From assembly GCA_050015235.1 (NCBI GenBank), contig JBEKBU010000001.1:1064-65063 (forward strand): a stretch of 64,000 nucleotides of DNA. Direction: 5' to 3'. The notes beneath the pieces are model-generated. The model did not search any database. It saw only the letters and a program-made list of their open reading frames with translations, and had not been told where the DNA came from. The position numbers were made by a program, and so were the translations under genes. Below are positions 43,229 to 52,103 of the stretch, piece after piece. Position 1 is the stretch's first letter. Each line of letters starts with the position of its first letter. Source of the DNA: Methylomonas sp. GTDB taxonomy: Bacteria > Pseudomonadota > Gammaproteobacteria > Methylococcales > Methylomonadaceae.

Positions 43229-43885
43229 TCAATCGTGGGTCGCTGGGGTGGCGCTCATATAACGAGTGGTCAGCGCCCAGACCAGACTAACGAATTCTGA
43301 TTGGTTAAAATGCGGTACGCCGGAAATAGCCAAGACAAAACGATGCGGCCCGATGAACAGCGGCCAGCAACCAATTTGGCTATGGCCGAAGACATCCACG
43401 ATTGCAAAGGCGTGGCTGGATATCCCTAGGTTGTTTACCAATAAGCCGGAGCGCCGCTGGTGGACGCCCGCCAAATCCGCGCTGAGCGCGGACAATTCTT
43501 CCGCTACTTCGTGTGGAAAGCCGACGCAGACTAAATAGAATCCTTGCTCGTCCGCCAGCAAGACTTTGCCGTTTTCCGCGATTTTTAACAAATAACCGGG
43601 CAAAATTTCCTGCAAACTGCCGCGCGAGGCCTGAATTGGGGTTTTAACGCCCTGAATCCAGCCCAGCTTTTGGCAATGTAGCAATTGCGCCAGGGCTATC
43701 TCGGCTTCGTCCGCTTCCGTTAATTCCAAGAGTAACGGCAGGGTTAGCAAAGGTGTCTGTTCCTTTTGCATCAGATTTAGTAGAAAACGGTGGGTTTTAT
43801 CTTTTTCAAGTGACGACACGGCATAGTAAGCGCCGGACGGCGTTGGATAAAGATAAATATTTTCGGTCAATGAGTATGTTTGCAT
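43229..43885 (-). CDS. Hypothetical protein with a roadblock-like C-terminal domain
   Basis: LLADEQGFYL..EELSALSADL parallels the roadblock signature of the neighbouring gene. Confidence 0.65.
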   Translation of the reverse strand: MQTYSLTENIYLYPTPSGAYYAVSSLEKDKTHRFLLNLMQKEQTPLLTLPLLLELTEADEAEIALAQLLHCQKLGWIQGVKTPIQASRGSLQEILPGYLLKIAENGKVLLADEQGFYLVCVGFPHEVAEELSALSADLAGVHQRRSGLLVNNLGISSHAFAIVDVFGHSQIGCWPLFIGPHRFVLAISGVPHFNQSEFVSLVWALTTRYMSATPATHD

Positions 43886-43888
43886 GGT

Positions 43889-44425
43889 TTATGCCACTAA
43901 TCCAGGATCAAGGGAATATAACAATGCCTGGACAAGTAAGGAGACGTCGTTCTTAGTCCTGGCGTCGACGGCGAAAACCGGCGGTCGGAGTCCCATGGAT
44001 TGGAGTTGCGCTTGATATTCGTCGATACCGGGGCTGTCACTGACGTCCATTTGCGTTACGCCGATCGCGACGCTGGTTTTACTAATAAACTCATCAAATG
44101 CGCTTAAGAAGAACCGCATGTCTTGAAACGGTTGCTCGCGGGTATTGTCCAACAATAATATGAGGCCGATTCCGCCCGTGGATAAAATGTCCCACATAAA
44201 ATTGAAGCGTTCTTGCCCTGGCGTTCCATACAAGTGGATTTTCTCGCCGCCAGCCAGATTCATGATGCCGTAGTCCATGGCCACGGTAGTGGTGGCTTTG
44301 CGGTTTTTAGTCATATCGCTCGCTGCTTCGTCGGTTATTAGCGGCGGTACATCGCTGATGGACTGAATCGCGGTAGTTTTGCCCGCGCCTACCGGTCCGG
44401 TAAAAATTATTTTGTATTGGCACAT
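43889..44425 (-). CDS. MglA-like small GTPase (ATP/GTP-binding protein)
   Basis: G1 GPVGAGKT, TTVAMDYG, GTPGQERF, G4 TQMD, G5 DAR. Confidence 0.9.
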   Translation of the reverse strand: MCQYKIIFTGPVGAGKTTAIQSISDVPPLITDEAASDMTKNRKATTTVAMDYGIMNLAGGEKIHLYGTPGQERFNFMWDILSTGGIGLILLLDNTREQPFQDMRFFLSAFDEFISKTSVAIGVTQMDVSDSPGIDEYQAQLQSMGLRPPVFAVDARTKNDVSLLVQALLYSLDPGLVA

Positions 44426-44634
44426 GTGTCTTTACAGGGCTTTAATATTGGTAAGGGATAAGTCCGGAAAAAACCCGAAGCAAACGGGGTGGAAGGCGCA
44501 TTTTCCGGAAACGGGTTTCTTTCCGCCGCAAATCCGGCTATGCTCAATAAGCAAGGCATGGAAAATGTGCAATGTAAGTTTAGTACCGACATTAATCTTT
44601 TAAAAAATTTCGAAATCAAAAAGTATCAGCGCCA

Positions 44635-45900
44635 TTATTTGCCGCGTAATTTGCTTAAAATTTTGCCCAAAATACTACTTTTCACTTGGGTAGGTTGCGT
44701 TGATTTGGCGGATGCGGCGGCAGCCGGTGGAACTGCTTGAAATGCCAGTAAATTTAGTGCTTGGCAGGCGCTTAAAAACACAAATAGGTGTTGGGGCTTA
44801 CAATTCAGGGTCTTGATGTCTTCCAGCGGCGTGCGCGCTTCCTTGGTCAATAAGGCTGCGATGCGTAAAGCGTCCGGCGTAATGACCAACCGGGTAAAGT
44901 TGGGCCATTGTTTTAAGGTCAGCGGTTGGTTTAAATCTATCTCCTCCGGGCGGCGCCCTTTCGAGGCCCAAAGCGCCAGTTTCCACAGAAAGGCTTGGAT
45001 GTCATGAAAATGCTCGGCCGGATATGAGCGGTTAGCAACATCCGGCGGCAAGAACGTTAGGTTTATTTTTCCGGTTTGTTCTTGGCCTAGCTTAAGCCCG
45101 GCAAAAGCGAGTAGTTGTTTTTCGTTGCTGTCCAGCCAGACGCTTCCGGTTTCAGGAAACACCAGGATGGGTTTCCACATCGAATTCAATTGCAGGACCT
45201 GATTTTGCACTAGGGCCGTTTGCCAGGCGGACAACACATAACCGACCAAATATTGGTTGCGGTCAAAAACGGCGGTTTGCCATTGCTTAGGATCGTTGAA
45301 GTCGATATTGCCCGGACTGCCCAAAAACGTGATGAAACCGCCTTCATTTAGTTCTTCCGCGGTACGATGGGCAGGTTGCGCCGGCGCCTGCGCGGCGGCC
45401 GGTATGCGGTGCTCGTTTTTTTTATTGCCAAACACTTCCATGAACATGGCGGGTTTCCTGGCCGGCGCCGCGACAGGTTTGCCGGCATGGGTCGCTGCCG
45501 TTACGGCCGGCTCGGACGCGGTGACGGCGGGTAATTCCGGTTGAGGTTCAGGCTTGGCGTGCGCCTTGATAGAATGCGAGGCCTGAATCTGATTCAGAGT
45601 GGTTGTGATTTGAGCGACGGTTACCGGTTTTTGAATGAAAAAAGTATCCTCAACATTTAGACTTTTGATGGACAGCAAAATAATGGGGCGTTTGGGTTCG
45701 AGCGCTTTGCGGTTTTGCAGAATTTCAAATGCTTGGCGGTAGTCCGCATCTATCATGTCGATTTCCGCATTCTGTTCGCCAACTACTGCGGCTATGCCCC
45801 CGCAAGGGCCTTTAAAATACATTTCCATATTTTTGCTACTTCTGCTGTCCATGCCGAATAATGCGATAAGCATGGGAGAAGAAACTGGTTTGTTTTTCAT
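44635..45900 (-). CDS. Hypothetical protein: pseudo-receiver N-terminus, Pro/Ala linker, conserved C-terminal domain
   Basis: IDMIDAD..IILLS..IQKP receiver-like pattern; FLWKLALWAS..LKQWPNFTRL; ATGA overlap with the upstream gene. Confidence 0.75.
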   Translation of the reverse strand: MKNKPVSSPMLIALFGMDSRSSKNMEMYFKGPCGGIAAVVGEQNAEIDMIDADYRQAFEILQNRKALEPKRPIILLSIKSLNVEDTFFIQKPVTVAQITTTLNQIQASHSIKAHAKPEPQPELPAVTASEPAVTAATHAGKPVAAPARKPAMFMEVFGNKKNEHRIPAAAQAPAQPAHRTAEELNEGGFITFLGSPGNIDFNDPKQWQTAVFDRNQYLVGYVLSAWQTALVQNQVLQLNSMWKPILVFPETGSVWLDSNEKQLLAFAGLKLGQEQTGKINLTFLPPDVANRSYPAEHFHDIQAFLWKLALWASKGRRPEEIDLNQPLTLKQWPNFTRLVITPDALRIAALLTKEARTPLEDIKTLNCKPQHLFVFLSACQALNLLAFQAVPPAAAASAKSTQPTQVKSSILGKILSKLRGK

Positions 45901-46598
45901 GATGCAATACGCCATTCCGCAATATCCAATAACAGTGCTTCGCTTAACACGGCGTCAGCCGGCATTTTGGTGAGATAAAAATTTTTAAATCGCGCCATGT
46001 TGCCGGTGGATTGACATAGCTCCAATAGTAAGTCTTGTAAATCCTGCCGAGAGGGCTGTTCAACCAGCCCGGTTTCCAATACATCCATAGCCTCTTCCAA
46101 CTGGCTGAATTCGATAAAATCCAGGGCTAGTTGCAGATAATCGTAGTGTTTATCGGCGCCGGCTGTGGCGGAAATCAGCGGTTGCGTGTTGTCGCAGCCT
46201 TTGGTTAACACCGAATATAGGTTACCCGGCACGGCGGCCGGCGATACCGTGGCCTGAATCAATTGCGCCAACTGGCGTTGGTTCAAATGTTTTCGGCTGG
46301 CGTTTATCATACGCATGGCTAAAGCTTGCCCTTTACCTTGCAGAACCACCAGCATATCCAGTAAAGCGGCATATAACGGATCAGGTTGGGCGTTGATGCA
46401 ACAACAGTGAATACGCCGTAAATGACCCAGAAGATTGCCGGGGTCTTTTCTGACTTTAAAAACCAAGATCGTCAGCACGTCCTCTGCTGCGGCCATCGGA
46501 TAAAATTCCTTAACCGTAGGGTCGTCTAGCCAAAAATCATCTTTGGGAATATTTACATTTGCCGGATCCGCCACCTTGATTAGTTGGTACTGTATCAT
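45897..46598 (-). CDS. Hypothetical TPR-like protein (FimV C-terminus-like)
   Basis: LQLALDFIEFSQLEEAMDVLETGL; AAGGGAG RBS before ATG 46598. Confidence 0.65.
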   Translation of the reverse strand: MIQYQLIKVADPANVNIPKDDFWLDDPTVKEFYPMAAAEDVLTILVFKVRKDPGNLLGHLRRIHCCCINAQPDPLYAALLDMLVVLQGKGQALAMRMINASRKHLNQRQLAQLIQATVSPAAVPGNLYSVLTKGCDNTQPLISATAGADKHYDYLQLALDFIEFSQLEEAMDVLETGLVEQPSRQDLQDLLLELCQSTGNMARFKNFYLTKMPADAVLSEALLLDIAEWRIAS

Positions 46599-46705
46599 AT
46601 CATCTCCCTTTAATGAGATTAAGATTAGCAGAAGTTTTAAAATCCGTATAGATTTTAATGTTATTTTTGACACGATTCAAACTTTGCAATAATATAATTT
46701 ATAAT

Positions 46706-47630
46706 TAAAGTTTCGGAGTTCGTTTTTACTGGCTTAGCATTGGCTCATCGTTGATTTTTAATGCTTCAAGCCTTAGCGCCCTGGCGTCAAGTTGAAGGAC
46801 TTGTAATAACCAGCACTGGATGTGCGCATCAATAGCGTCCTTCACTATGGCGACAGCGCCACCAAAGACAGCTTTCAAATCATCCAAAGCTCCGGTTATC
46901 AAAGCGCGAAAAACTTGCCAGTGCTTGCCTGAAAAACTAATGTCCGTGCTCTGTTGCTACACAGCCCCTGTCTAACTTGTGCAATATTCGCTGCCCCCTG
47001 AGTTTGTTTAGCAATTCGCAACTTAAGCCTAATGTCAGCACTTGCCGCCCCATCACATGCCGACCAAAGGTATGGTCGAAATGACTGGATATACCCGACA
47101 TCTTCTTGCCGAAACGTTGCAGCACCGAATCATCGACTACATAGGCTTTTTACCGGGCGCTTTGAGTGTTCGCACCGTTTTGTAAGCAATATGTCCATGA
47201 TATTTCCGCCAGTCCAGGTCTTCCCGGTTCATCGTGTCTTAGAGCACATCCTTACCCATAATTGCGCCTTGCAAGCATTCTCGCGCAAACATGCCCATAG
47301 ATTCTTTCTGCAACCATAGCCAGAACATTAAACTAAAAATCACTACGCCGATGGGGGCGCCTGAACGTTTTACAAAACCCGCTCGGCTTGGAATCGTGTT
47401 CATGCCGATTTCTCGCCAGAGGCTAGCAAACACGTTATCGAGTAACACGCCGTTTGCATTCAAAAGGTCAGCGGTTAATGCTGGTAGTTCAGTGATTTTT
47501 GTGGCGCGATTCATAAAGCGTCCTTTGGGGGTGTTATTTGGACTTCAACTACCCATTATTATACCCTTTTAGGACACATCTATCTTTATATATCAATGCC
47601 TTATGCTATTATTTCAACTCTGAAACTTTA
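46706..47630 (-). mobile_element. Internally deleted, frameshifted IS4-superfamily (DDE) element
   Basis: TIRs TAAAGTTTCGGAGTT (46706-46720) and AACTCTGAAACTTTA (47616-47630), 14/15 match. Transposase fragments: MNRATK..GKDVL(stop)DTMNREDLDW, shifted-frame YVVDDSVLQRFGKKM, and a C-terminal WQVFRALITGAL piece. Confidence 0.8.
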
Positions 47631-47631
47631 G

Positions 47632-48027
47632 TTACTTAAACTCCAAATCGGTTTGGGTTTTCAAAATATGATCGCCCAGCCGTTTATTATAACGATCGAA
47701 CTTTAGGCCGTACTTGTAGTTCTTATGGCAATAGGCCACCGTCACGTTCAAATCGAACCGCACGCCGTCCGCAAACAGCAGATACAGATATAAATTTTTA
47801 CTCCGGCCCAATTTTTTCGGACATCTGATGCCGGCGCCGCGGCTGCTGATATCCTCTAATATGACCGGCACCAAACGCGGCAAAATTAGATTCCCGATTT
47901 TGATGACTGCTTTAATATCCCGGCGTTGGTAGCGGACGGCGTAACGTTTATTCGCGATCAGAATGTCAATCGGAATAGCTTTATCCAAGGCTTCGAAAAG
48001 ATTGCCGGAAGAATCTATATCTGTCAT
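47632..48027 (-). CDS. PilZ-domain protein
   Basis: RYAVRYQRR (RxxxR) and DISSRGAG (DxSxxG). Confidence 0.85.
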   Translation of the reverse strand: MTDIDSSGNLFEALDKAIPIDILIANKRYAVRYQRRDIKAVIKIGNLILPRLVPVILEDISSRGAGIRCPKKLGRSKNLYLYLLFADGVRFDLNVTVAYCHKNYKYGLKFDRYNKRLGDHILKTQTDLEFK

Positions 48028-48177
48028 TTATTTAACCGATTAAGTAATAGAGTTAGTATTCATGCATCCACCTCAAAAAACAAGCCTAAAATACGGACTT
48101 ATTTCTCAAGTATAGAACAAGAACAATTTTTGGATTTTTCGGTAGAATCCATGCTTTATTTTTTCTAACGCCCATTT

Positions 48178-49368
48178 ATGAAGACCGCCCAAATTTTCAC
48201 CGCCTTACTGCTGTTGTTTTGCTCGCCCGGCTGGGGCGGCAACGCCAAGCAAACAACCCCTAACCAACTGATTAAAATAGTTTATTTTACCCAGGAACAG
48301 CCTGTTCCCGCCGCCGGCTCCAATTTGGACGAGTTCGTAGCCGATAAAGGCGTATTGGGCGCCGAACTGGCTATCAACGATAACAACACCACCGGCCAAT
48401 TTACGCATCAGCAATATCAATTAAGTAAAATCATCGTTCCCCAGGGCGCCGATATAGCCGCCGCTTACCAGCAGCGGATCGGCGCCGATCAAAATCTGAT
48501 ACTGCTGAATGTAAACGCCGAACAATTACTAAAATTGGCCGATCTGGAAAAATCCCGCCAGAAATTGCTTTTCGATGTCGCCAGCAGCGACGACGAATTG
48601 CGTAATGGGCAATGCCGGCCGAATGTTTTACATATCCTGCCCAGCCGCGCCATGCGGGCGGACGCGCTCGCCCAGTACATGCTAAAAAAACGCTGGCGGG
48701 AATGGTTTTTGGTTATCGGCCCTACTCCGCAAGATCAATTATACGCGGCGGCCATTAAACGCGCGGCTAAACGCTTCGGCATGAAAATCGCCGCCGAAAA
48801 AAACTGGACGTTCGATTTCGACACTAGGCGCGCGGCGCAAGCCGACGTGCCGGAATTTACCCAAGGCGTGGACTATGACGTATTGGTCGTCGCCGACGAG
48901 GAAGGTTTATTCGGCGAATATCTGGACTACCGCACCTGGAGCCCGCGCCCGGTCATCGGCACACAGGGCTTGATCGCCACCGCCTGGCACCGTACGCATG
49001 AGCTATGGGGCGCCAGCCAGCTGCAAAACCGTTTTAAAAATATGAACGGGCGTTGGATGGAGGAACAGGAATACGCCGCTTATCTGGCGGTCAGGGCGAT
49101 AGGCGAGGCCAGCGTGCGCGCCAAGTCCGGGGAGATGCAACCCATCAAGGATTATCTGTTGTCCGACGCTTTCGCCTTGCAGGCTTACAAAGGCGTCCCG
49201 TTATCGTTCCGGCGCTGGGACGGGCAATTACGGCAGCCGGTGTTATTGGCGGCGCCGCGGGAGCTGGTCGGCGCCGCGCCGCTGGAGGGTTTTCTGCATC
49301 CGAATTCGGAATTGGATACCTTGGGGTACGATCAGGGCGAAAGCGGGTGTAAGGCGTTTGTTAAGTGA
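48178..49368 (+). CDS. ABC substrate-binding protein of the PQQ-dependent alcohol dehydrogenase system
   Basis: GAELAINDNNTTGQF, MRADALAQY, WGASQLQNRF, LSFRRWDGQLRQP, LDTLGYD. Confidence 0.85.
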   Translation: MKTAQIFTALLLLFCSPGWGGNAKQTTPNQLIKIVYFTQEQPVPAAGSNLDEFVADKGVLGAELAINDNNTTGQFTHQQYQLSKIIVPQGADIAAAYQQRIGADQNLILLNVNAEQLLKLADLEKSRQKLLFDVASSDDELRNGQCRPNVLHILPSRAMRADALAQYMLKKRWREWFLVIGPTPQDQLYAAAIKRAAKRFGMKIAAEKNWTFDFDTRRAAQADVPEFTQGVDYDVLVVADEEGLFGEYLDYRTWSPRPVIGTQGLIATAWHRTHELWGASQLQNRFKNMNGRWMEEQEYAAYLAVRAIGEASVRAKSGEMQPIKDYLLSDAFALQAYKGVPLSFRRWDGQLRQPVLLAAPRELVGAAPLEGFLHPNSELDTLGYDQGESGCKAFVK

Positions 49369-49382
49369 CGCTTGATAGTTAT

Positions 49383-50420
49383 TTAATTTTTAGAATTGAG
49401 TTGTCCACATGCTGCTAATACATCATCGCCTTTAGCGCTTCTTATTAAAGTCGGGATTTTAAAAGTATCTAAAACTTCTTTAAACTTTTCAATTTTATCC
49501 AAATCCGGACTCTTGTAATGTGATCCTGGGAACGAGTTAAAAGGAATTAAGTTTATATAAGCACTTTTACCAGCCAGTAGCATTCCCAATTTTTTAGCAT
49601 CATCCGGAGAATCATTAAAATCTTTGATCAGAATATATTCATAAGTGACAAATTGCTTTTTATTTAAGGGTATCTTGTCAATATATGTCAACACCTCATC
49701 TAGCGGATATTTTTTATTAATGGGAATAAGTTCATTCCTCTTTTCTTCAAAGGGCGAATGAAGAGATAACGCAAGGTTCACGCCAGGAATTTCCTGGCTC
49801 CATCTTTTAAGCCCTGGAATATAGCCAGCCGTTGAAATAGTAATTTTTTGAACGCCAATTGAAGTTCCGTGTTTTGATAAAAAAATTTCACACGCTTTTT
49901 TGACGGCGTCAAAATTATGTAAAGGCTCGCCTTGCCCCATAAAAACAATATTTAAAATCCTCTCTTCTCCAGGCCTATTTGTCGCGAGCCAACGCCAAGC
50001 CTGTAGAAACTGGCCAACAATTTCACTTGTAGTCAAATTTCTTTTCAGCCCTTGTTCTCCGGTAAAACAAAAAGAACAATTCATTGCACAGCCAACCTGC
50101 GATGAAAGGCAAATAGAATATTTATTATGAAACGGAATAAGGACGGTTTCGACTTTATGATTGTCTTTAAGCTTAAAAAGAAATTTTACCGTCCGATCTT
50201 TTTTTGACTCATGAACCGTATCGATTTCAGGTAGAGAAAAGTCGAAATTATTTTGAAAAAAGGCCAATGAGCATCTGGCGATTTTATCATGGCATTGAGC
50301 ATTTTCCTTTTTCTTATAATGCCAATTAAAAAGAACAGCCGCCGCGGAGTTGTTTAAATTATTTTGATTTATAACTATTTCTAAATCGGAATAATTTAGG
50401 TCATAAAAGGATTGTTTCAA
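49383..50420 (-). CDS. rlmN: RlmN-like radical SAM RNA methyltransferase (AT-rich)
   Basis: CLSSQVGCAMNCSFC, MGQGEPLHN, SLH, YEYIL, NLIPFN, AACGQL. Confidence 0.88.
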   Translation of the reverse strand: MKQSFYDLNYSDLEIVINQNNLNNSAAAVLFNWHYKKKENAQCHDKIARCSLAFFQNNFDFSLPEIDTVHESKKDRTVKFLFKLKDNHKVETVLIPFHNKYSICLSSQVGCAMNCSFCFTGEQGLKRNLTTSEIVGQFLQAWRWLATNRPGEERILNIVFMGQGEPLHNFDAVKKACEIFLSKHGTSIGVQKITISTAGYIPGLKRWSQEIPGVNLALSLHSPFEEKRNELIPINKKYPLDEVLTYIDKIPLNKKQFVTYEYILIKDFNDSPDDAKKLGMLLAGKSAYINLIPFNSFPGSHYKSPDLDKIEKFKEVLDTFKIPTLIRSAKGDDVLAACGQLNSKN

Positions 50421-50535
50421 AAGGAATACGGGGTCAGCTCTAATATTACAACATCAGTCCTTTCTTAAAGGTCTCGCCATAAAAATAGTTTAACATAAAT
50501 TACAGATATGGATTCGCCGTAAGCCCGAGACCGGA

Positions 50536-51189
50536 CTATTTCTTCGCATAACCTACGCTCTGCGCCGCGACGATCCATTGGCTCGATTTAAGACTCATGG
50601 TCTTAGCCAAGGCGCCGACATCGATGGAGCCTCGCACCACGGTCGCTAGCCCTTTGGAGGCGCAGAATAAATAGACATTCTGGCCGATAAAACCGGTGTC
50701 TATCGACGCCGTGAGTTTTTTATCTTCCGGGCTGGTATCGGCGGCCATGCGCATGAAATCCGAAACATAAATCAAATTTACCGGCGCTAGGCCGACAAAA
50801 TCCTGAGTACCCGTCTGGGCGCGGACGTCTTTTCGCAGAATCAATTTCAGCGCATTGCTTTTTGCGTCGTACAGGTAAAGGCCGTCGGCTGCCGCTACAT
50901 AGATGTCGATATCTTGCCAATTCCGGGTAGAAGGCGCCGTGCGGCCGCCTGTTTCCGGACGATTGACGCCAAACGCCGCCCACAGCAGATCGGAAAGCAT
51001 TTGCGCGGACAGTTTCTCGGTACTGAATTCCCGCGTGGATTTACGCGCCTGCAGGATCTGCATAATAGCCCCCCCGGTTTCCATCTGAACCGGAGGAAGT
51101 TTGATCATTTGATTTTCTTGCGCAAACGCTAGGCTAGCGTTAAGCATGATTGCCAATAACCATGGCCTCGGCATCGAAAGATTCCGCAT
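50536..51189 (-). CDS. SagB/ThcOx-like nitroreductase with signal peptide
   Basis: ARKSTREF, LSDLLWAAFG, RTAPST, IGQNVYLFC; PWLLAIMLNASLAFAQ leader. The start is uncertain (51189/51174). Confidence 0.85.
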   Translation of the reverse strand: MRNLSMPRPWLLAIMLNASLAFAQENQMIKLPPVQMETGGAIMQILQARKSTREFSTEKLSAQMLSDLLWAAFGVNRPETGGRTAPSTRNWQDIDIYVAAADGLYLYDAKSNALKLILRKDVRAQTGTQDFVGLAPVNLIYVSDFMRMAADTSPEDKKLTASIDTGFIGQNVYLFCASKGLATVVRGSIDVGALAKTMSLKSSQWIVAAQSVGYAKK

Positions 51190-51254
51190 GGAAACCCGTT
51201 TTCGCAAGTAATCAACTATCTGGCTGGACGGGGTGAATAGCCTGTCCGGAAGGT

Positions 51255-51617
51255 TCAATTGGCAACCGAGGCGTGGCGCTCTTCATGAGCTTTAGCGATT
51301 GCCGCGTGCTCTTTTGCGAGAGCTAAATGATGTCGGGCTAATTTTTCATGATGCTTCGCCAACTTGTGATGTTTCAATAGCTTATGCTCATGCGCCATCG
51401 ATTTGTGATGCGCCGCCATACCGCGATGGTATTCGGCGTGTTTCTTGTGATGCTCCGCCGCGGTAGCGTGTTCCTCGGGCGTTTTGGCGACAGCGTTCAT
51501 CTGACCCGGATATTCGGGCGCGGGCGTCACGTCCGCGTGTAGCATAGGCGAAAATACGCCTAATGCAATAAGCAGAGGCAGCATTTTTACGATACGGTTA
51601 TTTTTCTTTTCAATCAT
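51255..51617 (-). CDS. Secreted His-rich helical protein (SmbP-like metal binder)
   Basis: Signal peptide; 19 His, mostly in a 7-residue repeat pattern. Confidence 0.75.
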   Translation of the reverse strand: MIEKKNNRIVKMLPLLIALGVFSPMLHADVTPAPEYPGQMNAVAKTPEEHATAAEHHKKHAEYHRGMAAHHKSMAHEHKLLKHHKLAKHHEKLARHHLALAKEHAAIAKAHEERHASVAN

Positions 51618-51675
51618 GTTTCTTTTCCTCGTTACTTTAAAAAATGAATATTAGCGTTTTACCTGAATCTATTTT

Positions 51676-51975
51676 TCAACCAACCTTGGTCTGATCAACC
51701 GTCAGCATCGGAACGCACGGCGCCGGATTCGCCAAATGAACCGGAGGGTGTTCTCGGACGTCCATTCTGGCTTCGCCAATGGCGCGCACCCGGTATTCCA
51801 TTTTCGCTCCCAGACTATCCTCCCGCTCATGGCCTGGAATAAAACCGCGCGCTTCGGCTTTGAAATAGGCGGCTTCCGCGATTGTCACCGTATAGATAGC
51901 CCTTTCTTGTTCGGAGATTACCGGCTCCTCGGCCGGTTTCTCCGATTTTTTGATGTTTTTTTTATTTGCTTTCAT
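51676..51975 (-). CDS. DUF2934-domain protein with an atypical tail
   Basis: IAEAAYFKAEARGF.PGHE.ED. Confidence 0.7.
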   Translation of the reverse strand: MKANKKNIKKSEKPAEEPVISEQERAIYTVTIAEAAYFKAEARGFIPGHEREDSLGAKMEYRVRAIGEARMDVREHPPVHLANPAPCVPMLTVDQTKVG

Positions 51976-52103
51976 ACCGGCGCCTCCTCTGATGTTCGAA
52001 TCATTTTTATGATAGTAGTATTAACCTAAAATTCGATGAAATATATACGTACAAATACTTAGTCGCTTGGCGCTTTGCGTATCCCGAACAGGTGAAGACT
52101 AAG

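Noticed and set aside
49330-49382. attC-like RYYYAAC downstream of the rlmN paralogue
   Set aside because: It lies in the neighbouring gene's 3' end and lacks L boxes and a matching R' site.
51740-51800. VRAIGEA in the DUF2934 tail matching VRAIGEA in the ABC binding protein (about 49090)
   Set aside because: Only 7 aa, with no flanking similarity at protein or DNA level; probably chance.
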